A stretch of 61,878 nucleotides of DNA from contig JADLEV010000052.1 in the NCBI GenBank assembly GCA_020845935.1, forward strand, positions 1 through 61,878, read 5' to 3'. Positions 28,157 to 36,596 of the stretch are shown here, piece by piece. The stretch comes from Gammaproteobacteria bacterium. Lineage in GTDB: Bacteria; Pseudomonadota; Gammaproteobacteria; Ga0077536. Made by a program: the position numbers and the translations under genes. Under the pieces are notes generated by a model, which worked only from the letters and a program-made list of their open reading frames with translations, was not told the origin of the DNA and searched no databases. Position 1 is the stretch's first letter. Each line of letters starts with the position of its first letter.

Positions 28157-28597
28157 TCAGCGGGTACCGGAAACCGGCGTGCTCAACAGACCGACCTTGT
28201 CGACGCCTGCCTGTTGCAGCAGCGTCATGACCTCGACGACCCGGCCATAGTCGACCGCGCGGTCGCCGCGGACGTAAATCGACGCCTCCGGCTGATTCTT
28301 GTGAAACGCGGCGACACGCGCCTGCAACGTTTCTTCATCGATGGGTTTCGCGGCATCGCCACGAGCGCCACCCCAGTCGAAATAGATGGCACCGCTCTGA
28401 TCGACCGATACCGTCACCGGTTCCTGCTGTTCGTTGTCGATCGGCTTCGACGGTGCTTCCGGCAATTCGACCTTAACGCCCTGCGTCACCAGCGGCGCGG
28501 TGATCATAAAGATGATCAGCAGCACCAGCATGACGTCGATGTACGGCACGACGTTCATGTCGGACATCAGACGCTTACCATGGCGCTGCTGTTTCAT
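28157..28597 (-). CDS. tolR: TolR (ExbD family)
   Basis: MSDMNVVPYIDVMLVLLIIFMITAP ExbD/TolR signature. Confidence 0.85.
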   Translation of the reverse strand: MKQQRHGKRLMSDMNVVPYIDVMLVLLIIFMITAPLVTQGVKVELPEAPSKPIDNEQQEPVTVSVDQSGAIYFDWGGARGDAAKPIDEETLQARVAAFHKNQPEASIYVRGDRAVDYGRVVEVMTLLQQAGVDKVGLLSTPVSGTR

Positions 28598-29268
28598 GCA
28601 TGCACCTGGCGTTGCAGGATCGACGAGAACTCATCGATGAAGATGTCGTAGCGGCTGTACAGCCGATCGATGTCGGTTGCATAGCGGTTGAATGCGATCA
28701 CCGCCGGGATCGCCGCGAACAGGCCCATCGCGGTCGCGATCAATGCCTCCGACAAACCCGGTGCCACCATCGCCAGCGTCGCCTGGCCGACATTGGCGAG
28801 CGACTTGAATGAATTCATGATGCCCCAGACCGTGCCGAACAGACCGACATAGGGACTCACCGAGCCGACCGTGGCAAGGAACGGCAGATTGAGTTCGAGT
28901 TCCTCGATCTGCCGGTTCAGCGCGATCCGCATCGAACGCTGCGCGCCTTCGAGGACGGCCATCGGCGGGATGCCTTCACGCTTGCGCAAGCGCGCGAATT
29001 CGCGAAAGCCCGCTTCGAAGATGCGCTCCATGCCTTCGCGTGCCTGGCGGCCGGAACTGATGCGGCTGTACAGGCTGGTCAGATCCTCGGTGGCCCAGAA
29101 CGTGTCCTCGAAGCGCTTGGCTTCGAGCTTCGCCGCGCGCATCTCACTGCGCTTGCGCACGATCAGCGCCCAGGACATCACCGACGCGACCAGCAACGCC
29201 AGCATGACCGCCTTGACCAGGACCGATGCCCCGAGGATCAGGCTGATGATGGAAAGATCAGTTGCCAC
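28594..29268 (-). CDS. tolQ: TolQ (MotA/ExbB family)
   Basis: LATVGSVSPYVGLFGTVWGIMNSF signature. Confidence 0.9.
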   Translation of the reverse strand: MATDLSIISLILGASVLVKAVMLALLVASVMSWALIVRKRSEMRAAKLEAKRFEDTFWATEDLTSLYSRISSGRQAREGMERIFEAGFREFARLRKREGIPPMAVLEGAQRSMRIALNRQIEELELNLPFLATVGSVSPYVGLFGTVWGIMNSFKSLANVGQATLAMVAPGLSEALIATAMGLFAAIPAVIAFNRYATDIDRLYSRYDIFIDEFSSILQRQVHA

Positions 29269-29674
29269 CCGAAATTGCCTCCGCGATGGATTGTGGAATG
29301 CCTGTTGGTCGGAACCGCGTCGCTTCGACGCAGGCGCACAGCACGATCGCGCGGCACAGATCGTTGCCTTGCGGATCCTGTACCAGTTGTTCGAACTCGA
29401 TACTGGCGGGTCGCAAGCGCTGGACCCTTGTTGCGACGACGAGTTCCGCGTCGAGCCGCGCCGGCATCATGAAATCGATCTCCATCCGGCGCAGCGTGAA
29501 CAGAAGGCCCTGCTCCTGCGCCAGTCGCCGTTGTTCGAAACCGAGCGTGCGCAGCCATTCGGTGCGACCCCTCTCCATGAAGCGGAGATAGCCGGCGTGA
29601 TAGACGACGCCACCGGCATCGGTGTCCTCGTAGTAGACCCGGAGCGGACGCGTGTGGGGTGCGCGCGACATCAC
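29258..29674 (-). CDS. ybgC: Tol-Pal-associated acyl-CoA thioesterase (4HBT family)
   Basis: [31 protein letters not shown] hotdog-fold motif. Position. Confidence 0.8.
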   Translation of the reverse strand: MMSRAPHTRPLRVYYEDTDAGGVVYHAGYLRFMERGRTEWLRTLGFEQRRLAQEQGLLFTLRRMEIDFMMPARLDAELVVATRVQRLRPASIEFEQLVQDPQGNDLCRAIVLCACVEATRFRPTGIPQSIAEAISGGN

Positions 29675-30729
29675 GGCACTCCGGCGTCGCCGGCGTCGAA
29701 CAGGTCGCCGGCGTGCGGCACTTTCGCCGGCGGCAGCAAGCCGAAATGCTCCCAGGCCAGCCGCGTCGCCATGCGCCCGCGCGCGGTGCGCATCAGAAAG
29801 CCCTGCTGGATCAGAAACGGTTCGAGCACATCCTCGATCGTGCCGCGCTCCTCGCTGATGGCCGCTGCCAGCGAATCGATGCCGACCGGGCCGCCGTCGA
29901 ACTTCTGCACGATGGCGAGCAACAGCTTGCGATCCATCATGTCGAAACCATGCTCATCGACATCGAGCAGATCGAGCGCGCGATTCGCCAGCTCCCGCGT
30001 GATGCGGCCGTCGCCCTTGACCTCGGCGAAGTCGCGCACGCGCCGCAGCAGACGGGTCGCGATGCGCGGCGTGCCACGCGAGCGGCGCGCGATCTCGTGC
30101 GCGCCGTGTTCGTCGATCGCGACCGCGAGGATGCCGGCGGAGCGCGTGACGATGCGCGCCAGGTCGGCACTGGTGTAGAACTCGAGCCGCTGCACGATGC
30201 CGAAGCGATCGCGCAGCGGCGAGGTCAGCAGACCCGCACGCGTGGTCGCGCCAACCAGCGTGAAGCGCGGCAGATCGAGCTTCAGCGCGCGCGCTGCCGG
30301 GCCCTCGCCGATCATGATGTCGAGTTGGAAGTCCTCGAGTGCGGGGTAAAGAATCTCTTCGACCACCGGACTCAGCCGGTGGATCTCGTCGATGAACAGC
30401 ACGTCGCGCGGTTCGAGATTGGTCAGTAGCGCCGCGAGATCGCCCGGCCGCTCCAGCACCGGCCCCGACGTCTGGCGCAGATTGACGCCGAGTTCGTTGG
30501 CGATGATGTGCGCCAGGGTCGTCTTGCCGAGACCCTGCGGGCCGAAGATCAGCACGTGATCGAGCGCGTCGCGCCGGCCGCGCGCGGCACCGATGAAGAT
30601 CTCCAGTTGCTCATGGACCGCGCGCTGGCCGATGTAGTCAGCCAGCTTGAACGGGCGGATCGACAGTTCTTCGGTGCGTTCCGGATCCGCGGCGACCGCG
30701 GTCAGCAAGCGTTCGGGATCGTTGCTCAT
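29671..30729 (-). CDS. ruvB: Holliday junction helicase RuvB
   Basis: [19 protein letters not shown] Walker A and the RuvB C-terminal domain. Confidence 0.95.
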   Translation of the reverse strand: MSNDPERLLTAVAADPERTEELSIRPFKLADYIGQRAVHEQLEIFIGAARGRRDALDHVLIFGPQGLGKTTLAHIIANELGVNLRQTSGPVLERPGDLAALLTNLEPRDVLFIDEIHRLSPVVEEILYPALEDFQLDIMIGEGPAARALKLDLPRFTLVGATTRAGLLTSPLRDRFGIVQRLEFYTSADLARIVTRSAGILAVAIDEHGAHEIARRSRGTPRIATRLLRRVRDFAEVKGDGRITRELANRALDLLDVDEHGFDMMDRKLLLAIVQKFDGGPVGIDSLAAAISEERGTIEDVLEPFLIQQGFLMRTARGRMATRLAWEHFGLLPPAKVPHAGDLFDAGDAGVP

Positions 30730-31331
30730 CCGGCGCGCACCAGACTCTTCAATATTTCGCGGATGATGTCTTCACTGCGCTTGTCGCGACAATCGATGCC
30801 ATGCACATACCGGCTCGCCTCCTGCGGCTTGTAGCCAAGCGCGATCAGTCCGCTGATCGCGTCTGCGACCGGATCGACGGTGCCGGACGCGGCGGTCGTC
30901 ACCAACGGGCCATCACTCTCGCCGTCGAGTTCCGGCAGACGATCACGCAGTTCGACCAGCAGACGTTGCGCGGTCTTCGGGCCGACGCCCGGCACCCGGG
31001 TCAGACGCGCGGCATCGCCGTCACGCACGCATTGCGTCAGATCCTCGGCGCCGATGCCGGACAGGATCGCCAGTGCCATCTTCGCACCGACGCCGTTGAC
31101 CTTCAGCAGGCTGCGAAACAACTGCCGCTCGTCGTCGTTGCCGAAGCCGAACAACTGTTGTGCGTCCTCGCGCACCAGATGATGGATGTAGAGGAACACC
31201 TCCTGCTGCAACGGCGGCAATCGGTAGATCGTCGGCAGCGGCGCCTGCACTTCGTAGCCGATGCCGTTGACCTCGATGAGCAGCAGTGGCGGATGTTTCG
31301 CGGTCAGCTTGCCGCGCAGGCTGCCGATCAT
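30726..31331 (-). CDS. ruvA: Holliday junction DNA-binding protein RuvA
   Basis: MIGSLRGKL...NGIGYEV N-terminus, HhH motifs ([14 protein letters not shown]; [12 protein letters not shown]). Confidence 0.9.
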   Translation of the reverse strand: MIGSLRGKLTAKHPPLLLIEVNGIGYEVQAPLPTIYRLPPLQQEVFLYIHHLVREDAQQLFGFGNDDERQLFRSLLKVNGVGAKMALAILSGIGAEDLTQCVRDGDAARLTRVPGVGPKTAQRLLVELRDRLPELDGESDGPLVTTAASGTVDPVADAISGLIALGYKPQEASRYVHGIDCRDKRSEDIIREILKSLVRAG

Positions 31332-31846
31332 CGCCGCCGTCCGAAGCGCATGCCGTGCCCGGCCGCGATGCGCTGCTGGCCGGCCTGGGTGTTGATGTGA
31401 CAGATGGCGGCGGCGAGCGCGTCGGCGGCATCGGCCACCGGCCGGCTTTGCAGCTGGAGCAATATCGTCACCATGTGCTGCACCTGTTTCTTGTCGGCAT
31501 GACCGCGGCCGACGACGGCCTGCTTGATCTGTGTCGCCGAGTATTCGAATACCGGCAGATCGGCGCAGCCGGCGGCAACGATGGCGACGCCGCGGGCCTG
31601 ACCGAGCTTCAACGCCGAGCTGGGGTTCTCATGCATGAATACCTTCTCCACGACCGCCTGGTCGGGACCGTGCGCGGCAATCACCTCGGACAGGCCACGG
31701 AAGATCAGCCGCAAGCGCTCGGCCGCGGCGCCGTCCCCGGTGCGGATGGTGCCGGCGGTGAGACAGTCCATGCGATTGTGCTCGGTGCGGATGACGCCAT
31801 AACCGGTAACGCGCGAACCAGGGTCGATGCCGAGCACGATACTCAC
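31328..31846 (-). CDS. ruvC: Holliday junction resolvase RuvC
   Basis: ILGIDPGSRVTGYGVI N-terminal catalytic motif. Confidence 0.9.
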   Translation of the reverse strand: MSIVLGIDPGSRVTGYGVIRTEHNRMDCLTAGTIRTGDGAAAERLRLIFRGLSEVIAAHGPDQAVVEKVFMHENPSSALKLGQARGVAIVAAGCADLPVFEYSATQIKQAVVGRGHADKKQVQHMVTILLQLQSRPVADAADALAAAICHINTQAGQQRIAAGHGMRFGRRR

Positions 31847-31852
31847 GTCGAC

Positions 31853-32596
31853 CTACAATTGCTCGAGAATATCGGCGCTGATCGAGGCATTGGAGTAGAC
31901 CTTCTGTACATCGTCGAGATCGTCGAGCAGATCGAGCATCTTCATCAGCCGGGTCGCGGTATCGAGGTCGAGACTGGTGGTGGTCGCGGCGTGCATCGTC
32001 ACTTCGGCCGATTCGGGCGCGTGGCCGGCGGCGATCAGCGCCTCCTTGACCGTCACCATGTCATCGGCATCGGTCAGCACCTCGAACGCACCTTCGGTAT
32101 CGGCGACGACATCCTCAGCGCCGGCTTCGAGCGCCGCGGCGAGCAAGGCGTCCTCGTCGGTGCCGGCGGGGAAGTTGAGGACACCGCGCTTGCGGAACAG
32201 ATAGCCGACCGAGCCATCGGTGCCGAGGTTGCCGCCATATTTGGTGAAGGCATGGCGCACGTCGGCGACGGTGCGGTTGCGGTTGTCGGTCATGCAATCG
32301 ACCATCACCGCGATGCCGCCCGGCCCGTAACCCTCGTAACGCACCTCCTCGACATTTGCGCCGTCGGACTCGCCGGCGCCGCGGGCGACGGCGCGCTCGA
32401 TCGTATCCTTCGGCATGTTGTTCGACAGCGCGTTGTCGATCGCCGCGCGCAGCCGCGAATTGCCGCTGGTATCGGCGCCGCCCATGCGCGCGGCGATGGT
32501 CACTTCACGGATCAGCCGCGAATACAGTTTGCCGCGCTTGGCGTCCTGCTTGCCCTTGCGGTGCTTGATGTTTGCCCACTTGCTGTGTCCCGCCAT
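31853..32596 (-). CDS. yebC: YebC/PmpR family transcriptional regulator
   Basis: MAGHSKWANIKHRKGKQDAKRGK hallmark N-terminus. Internal ATG 32596 chosen. Confidence 0.9.
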   Translation of the reverse strand: MAGHSKWANIKHRKGKQDAKRGKLYSRLIREVTIAARMGGADTSGNSRLRAAIDNALSNNMPKDTIERAVARGAGESDGANVEEVRYEGYGPGGIAVMVDCMTDNRNRTVADVRHAFTKYGGNLGTDGSVGYLFRKRGVLNFPAGTDEDALLAAALEAGAEDVVADTEGAFEVLTDADDMVTVKEALIAAGHAPESAEVTMHAATTTSLDLDTATRLMKMLDLLDDLDDVQKVYSNASISADILEQL

Positions 32597-32621
32597 GGTC
32601 GTCTCTCTCGGTGGCTCCTCG

Positions 32622-33698
32622 CTATGCGTCGTTGGCGCCGTAAATACGGGTCTGGTGTTGCTTGGAAAAATCGAGCAGTCGCTTGATCGGCACGACCGCG
32701 CGCGTCGCGATCGCCGGCGCGACGGTGATTTCATTGTTGCCTGCGCGCAAGGTCGCGGCGAGCTTGCGCAGATCGTTCATCGCCATCCATGGGCAGTGCG
32801 CACAACTGCTACAGGTGGCACCGTGCCCCGCGGTCGGCGCCTCGAGCAGGATCTTGTCCGGCACGACTTCACGGATCTTGTGGAACAGACCGCGATCGGT
32901 CGCGACGATCAATTCGCGCGCCTTGCTGCGCCGCGCCGCCTGGATGATGCCGGTGGTCGAGCCGATGTAGTCGGCGAGTTCGAGTACCGACGGCGGCGAT
33001 TCCGGGTGCGCCAGAATCTCGGCACCGGGATGCGCCTGCACCAGCTCATGCAGCTCGCGCGCCTTGAATTCCTCGTGCACGACGCACGAGCCCGGCCAGA
33101 GCAGCATGTCGGCGCCGGTCTTCTGCTGGATGTATTCGCCGAGATAGCGATCCGGCGCCCACAGGATCTTCTCGCCGCGATCGCTCAGGTGCATGATGAC
33201 CGCCTCGGCGCTGCCGGAGGTCACCATCCAGTCGGCGCGCGCCTTGACTGCGGCGCTGGTGTTCGCATAGACGACCACGGTGCGATTGGCGTGCTCGTCG
33301 CAGAACGCCGCGAAGCGATCGATCGGGCAACCGAGATCGAGCGAGCACTCGGCGTGCAGGTCCGGCATCAGTACGCGCTTTTCCGGATTCAGGATCTTCG
33401 CCGTTTCGCCCATGAAGCGGACGCCGGCGACGACCAGCGTGCTGGCCTGGTGCTCATGGCCGAACCGCGCCATGTCGAGCGAATCGGAGACATGGCCGCC
33501 GGTTTCGTCGGCCAGCGCTTGCAGCGCCGGCTCGGTGTAATAGTGCGCGACCAGCACGGCATCCTGGGCGCGCAGCAATTGCTTGATTTCGTCACGCAGC
33601 GCGTCGCGCTCGGCCGCGGGAATATCGGTCACGGTGGTGAACGGCACGTCGAATTGCGGCAGCGCGACGTTCGCGAGCACAGTGGAATTGGTGGTCAT
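32622..33698 (-). CDS. nadA: Quinolinate synthase
   Basis: [10 protein letters not shown]...[12 protein letters not shown] and [10 protein letters not shown] motifs. Internal ATG 33698 chosen. Confidence 0.9.
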   Translation of the reverse strand: MTTNSTVLANVALPQFDVPFTTVTDIPAAERDALRDEIKQLLRAQDAVLVAHYYTEPALQALADETGGHVSDSLDMARFGHEHQASTLVVAGVRFMGETAKILNPEKRVLMPDLHAECSLDLGCPIDRFAAFCDEHANRTVVVYANTSAAVKARADWMVTSGSAEAVIMHLSDRGEKILWAPDRYLGEYIQQKTGADMLLWPGSCVVHEEFKARELHELVQAHPGAEILAHPESPPSVLELADYIGSTTGIIQAARRSKARELIVATDRGLFHKIREVVPDKILLEAPTAGHGATCSSCAHCPWMAMNDLRKLAATLRAGNNEITVAPAIATRAVVPIKRLLDFSKQHQTRIYGANDA

Positions 33699-33702
33699 CG
33701 GC

Positions 33703-34344
33703 TCATCTCCCGGTTGCTGGCACGGCGACGCGATACAGCATCGCCGGCCGACTGCTGCCGTTGCGCTGCTGGCGGCCGGTCGCCTCGATGATGCCGTGGT
33801 TGCGGATCTGTTTGCGGAAATTACGCTTGTCGAGCTCGCGGTCAAGGATCAAACCATACACGCGTTGCAATTCGGTCAGCGTGAACTGCGGCGGCAGCAG
33901 GTGCAACGCGATCGGCGCATAACGCAGTTTGCCGCGCAAGCGCTCGATGCCGCAGGCGATGATCCGATCATGATCGAACGCGAGCGCCGGCAGCGCATCG
34001 ACCCGGAACCAGCGCGCCGCGGCCGCATCGCTCGCGGCGTCGAGCGGCTCGCCGTCACCGGCGGCAAGTCCGAGGTAGGCCACGGTGACCGTGCGGCCGC
34101 GTGGATCGCGACCCGGATCGCCGAAGGTGTACAACTGTTCGAGATAGACGTTGGCAAGACCGGTTTCTTCGGCCAGTTCGCGCGCGGCGCAGGTATCGAG
34201 CGTTTCACCCGCTTCGAGAAAGCCGCCAGGCAGTGCCCAATGCCCGGCAAACGGCGGGTGCGCCCGCTCGATCAACAGAACTTCGAGGGCCGCATTTCCG
34301 ACCCGAAACACCACCGCATCCGTCGTTACCGCAATGTCGTGCAC
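33703..34344 (-). CDS. Nudix-domain protein with C-terminal winged-helix-like domain (NrtR-like NAD regulator candidate)
   Basis: Nudix box [24 protein letters not shown]-terminal ...[27 protein letters not shown]... resembles the NrtR DNA-binding domain. The stop lies 4 nt before the nadA start. Confidence 0.65.
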   Translation of the reverse strand: MHDIAVTTDAVVFRVGNAALEVLLIERAHPPFAGHWALPGGFLEAGETLDTCAARELAEETGLANVYLEQLYTFGDPGRDPRGRTVTVAYLGLAAGDGEPLDAASDAAAARWFRVDALPALAFDHDRIIACGIERLRGKLRYAPIALHLLPPQFTLTELQRVYGLILDRELDKRNFRKQIRNHGIIEATGRQQRNGSSRPAMLYRVAVPATGR

Positions 34345-34563
34345 TTCGCCCCGCCGCTACTCGAACCCGATTGTTGGCGCGCAGCTTAGTGTTGTCGATA
34401 CACCTTTGCAATGGGCGCCGCCGACTCAGCGCGAGTGCCTGGTGCTCCAGACAACGTCGCCCGTGTTCTTCGACCGTTCGCCACTTCATGCATATTCCCG
34501 CACGTTTTTTTCGCGCGCGCGCTCGCGCATAATCGCCGCGCCCGTAACGATGGAACTTTGCCC

Positions 34564-34707
34564 ATGGAGCAGCGGCAAGCCGGTTTCACCCTGCTCGATA
34601 TCCTCGTCGCTTTCGCGATCGGGGTGGGAGCACTCGCGATCCTCTGGCGCATGTTGGCCGGCGATCATCGCGCCCTAGCCAGCACGGCGCGCCAGCGAAA
34701 CGTGTAA
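34564..34707 (+). pseudogene. Truncated prepilin-type (type IV pilin / T2SS pseudopilin-like) N-terminal ORF, 47 aa
   Basis: MEQRQAGFTLLDILVAFAIGVGALAIL is a prepilin cleavage/methylation-type N-terminus (Asp instead of the usual Glu at +5). The ORF stops exactly where the repeat/lower-GC island begins. Confidence 0.45.
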
Positions 34708-34757
34708 GGTACCCTTAAACCGGTTTTTGAACGGATAAGGGTACTGACCTCATTTGG
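34698..34757 (+). repeat. Copy A of a ~55-60-nt hairpin-containing repeat (ends ...TAAGGGTACTGACC)
   Basis: AAACGTGT...GTACCCTTA-n18-TAAGGGTAC-TGACC. Perfect 9-bp stem at 34709-34717 / 34736-34744. Direct copy at 36058-36112. Confidence 0.65.
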
Positions 34758-34894
34758 TCCGACGGACCCCTTTGATCGGTTTGGAATTAACGAATGGCTT
34801 CATTGCGCGCAAGATCCCATATGTTCGGGTTCTGTTTCTCTAACTGATCTTCGAACCACCGCCATCTCCTATCACGAACCAGTACTGCTTCTCT

Positions 34895-35103
34895 TACCGT
34901 GATAGGCACCAGATACGCGAAGACCGTTGCCGGCGGCTCGGAAGCAAACTCTGTCAGAGACTTTTCGAACGGGCTAGGGTTGGTAACAAAGATCGCAGCT
35001 AAGGTCGAACCCGATCCTTCGCGAAGACCGGTTGGCGATCATGGCCGCGTTGCACAATGTGATAGGGGTAATCGGTGATGAATGCACGACAGTAACGTGG
35101 CAT
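34895..35103 (-). pseudogene. Decayed REP-associated / IS200-like Y1 transposase (PF01797-type) remnant
   Basis: The minus strand from ATG 35103 reads MPRYCRAFITDYPYHIVQRGHDRQPVFAKDRVRP*. This fits the family N-terminus pattern MPR..R....P.H..QRG..RQ.VF..D.D. A shifted frame gives ATVFAYLVPI (compare ..AYCLM.NH) at 34901-34930. The HUH region is missing. Confidence 0.45.
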
Positions 35104-35177
35104 TGCGGAACCTCCCTGGCCCTACCATTGCGCGTCAGTCCGTTTCTAACGTTCCACCCGATGACCGTCAAGCCAAC

Positions 35178-35212
35178 AAAATAAACCTGACACCATTTTG
35201 GCTAGAGCGTGG
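35178..35212 (+). repeat. Left copy of a 35-nt inverted repeat
   Basis: AAAATAAACCTGACACCATTTTGGCTAGAGCGTGG matches the reverse complement of 41399-41433 at 28 of 35 positions. Confidence 0.55.
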
Positions 35213-35390
35213 TCAAGCCATTCGGGCCCAGGAGCCGCGTCATCGCACCGAAGCGGCCGTCGTATTGCTGAGATCGGGGTGGTTCAGGGCATTGGTCACG
35301 CGGATGGGTAAGCGGGCAGGTTCGAGACAGTCGGCTGAAAAGGTGGCTGTCCCCGGATTTCCCCACAGCCCACAGGGCTAATGGGTGACC

Positions 35391-35420
35391 CTTTAACGCT
35401 CTTTAACGCTCTTTAACGCT
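35391..35420 (+). repeat. Perfect 3 x 10-bp tandem repeat (CTTTAACGCT)3
   Basis: Read directly from the sequence. Followed by a GT-rich tract (35432-35460). Confidence 0.95.
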
Positions 35421-35468
35421 GCGTGCGCCCTGTTTGTGTCGGAGTGCGTGTGCCTGTGTGTATCCGTT

Positions 35469-35909
35469 CTAGGTCGCGAGCAACGCCTCAGCCTGTTTGC
35501 GCTGATACGCCTTGTAAAGCATGTAGAGACCAACCGGTAATAGAACGATGCCGATGAGTGCCGCCAACAATAAAAACCCGAGAACCGTCAGCGCGATACC
35601 CCACCCCAGCCAGTACGACATGCTAATCCCGTAGGTGATGCCGGTACCATCATTGCGAACAAGGATTCCCTTGATCCCGCTGCTGCTGTCTTGGCCGACA
35701 ACTGTTGCCTGATCGCCATCGGTCAAATCGATGTCGCCACTGGGAAATTTCATTGACACGGGTCGATTGCCGACGCGAAAAGTGAAGGCTTTCTCGGTCT
35801 TCATCGTCGTGCGCCCCATCCCAAATGCGCCCGACGTGGATGTCGCGCTCTTGACTTCGGTGGACTGCCTGAAGTTGATAACCGGACCTGAGATCTTTGT
35901 TAGTGCCAA
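35469..35909 (-). CDS. Hypothetical small membrane protein (soluble N-domain plus two C-terminal TM helices)
   Basis: 146-aa ORF. GGAGGAG lies 7 nt upstream of the TTG start. C-terminal WLGWGIALTVLGFLLLAALIGIVLLPVGLYMLY. No family recognised. Lower-GC context. Confidence 0.55.
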   Translation of the reverse strand: MALTKISGPVINFRQSTEVKSATSTSGAFGMGRTTMKTEKAFTFRVGNRPVSMKFPSGDIDLTDGDQATVVGQDSSSGIKGILVRNDGTGITYGISMSYWLGWGIALTVLGFLLLAALIGIVLLPVGLYMLYKAYQRKQAEALLAT

Positions 35910-36057
35910 TTGATGCTCCTCCGACGCCTAAGAGTATCGGGAGAATAAACACCATTATTACCCATGTCAAGATGCGGTTGTTCTTGGGCCACAGCTAATT
36001 TGTTCTCCCGCCGTACGCAGGATCGCCACCCTTTCACGCGACAACGCCGAACTGGTT

Positions 36058-36112
36058 AAACGTGTCACCCCTTGAACGTGGCCAGGTGGTTTAAGGGTAC
36101 TGACCCGAATGG
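36058..36112 (+). repeat. Copy B of the hairpin-containing repeat
   Basis: AAACGTGTCACCCCTTGAACG...GTTTAAGGGTACTGACCC. Same orientation as copy A. Abuts the 3' end of the IS4-family transposase fragment, so it may contain that element's terminal IR. Confidence 0.65.
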
Positions 36113-36115
36113 CAC

Positions 36116-36574
36116 TTACTTAAGCTTCTTCGGATGCCCATGAAGCCTGATGTGCGCCCTAGCCTCGAGTCGTCGATTGGTGAGCAGTGGATAGGGTTTC
36201 GGTCGTCGTTTGATGGCTCTTGGCTCGACTCGTCCGGGGCGGTCACCGACTCGTTGTTGAGCGATCAAGACAAACAGAACGGAGAGCTGCATATCGTCGC
36301 TATCCGGTGCACGCTGGTTCCAGGCCAGCCACAGCTGGACAGTGTGTTTGAAGCTCAGTGCACGGGGTAACCGATCGGCAAGCAGCGCCGCTTGTGCCAT
36401 GACCAGCCGGATCAGGTTGTAGGCCAGCAGATAGACCCAAATCTCCTTGGTCGCCATCTCCGGCGTCTTACAGCTGAACACTTCAAGGCCCAGGGTGGTC
36501 TTGATGCTGCGCAGATCCAGTTCTACATGCCAGCGGCTGCGATAAAGCGCTTTCAGAGAGGCTTCCCTCGGTTT
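36116..36574 (-). pseudogene. IS4-family DDE transposase, C-terminal fragment (interrupted by the IS3 element)
   Basis: YRSRWHVELDLRSIK is an exact Y-2-R-3-E-6-K (YREK) signature of IS4-family transposases. The reading frame is cut at the IS3 boundary. Confidence 0.75.
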
Positions 36575-36596
36575 TTCGTCTGCCAACGGGTGGGTT

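Noticed and set aside
35082-35381. 99-aa plus-strand ORF in the island.
   Set aside because: It overlaps the start of the Y1-transposase remnant on the other strand and one arm of the 35-nt IR. No RBS and no recognisable motif.
35200-35390. Search for a tRNA/tmRNA fragment or integrase attachment site at the island borders (e.g. GGTTCGAG at about 35320).
   Set aside because: No flanking stems complete a T-arm. There is no integrase gene and no direct repeat of a tRNA 3' end. The only tRNA (49874-49950) is far from the island.
35391-35420. CRISPR array check. The only short tandem repeat in the window is the 3x10-bp array.
   Set aside because: The repeats are contiguous with no spacers and far shorter than CRISPR repeats. 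No cas genes are present.
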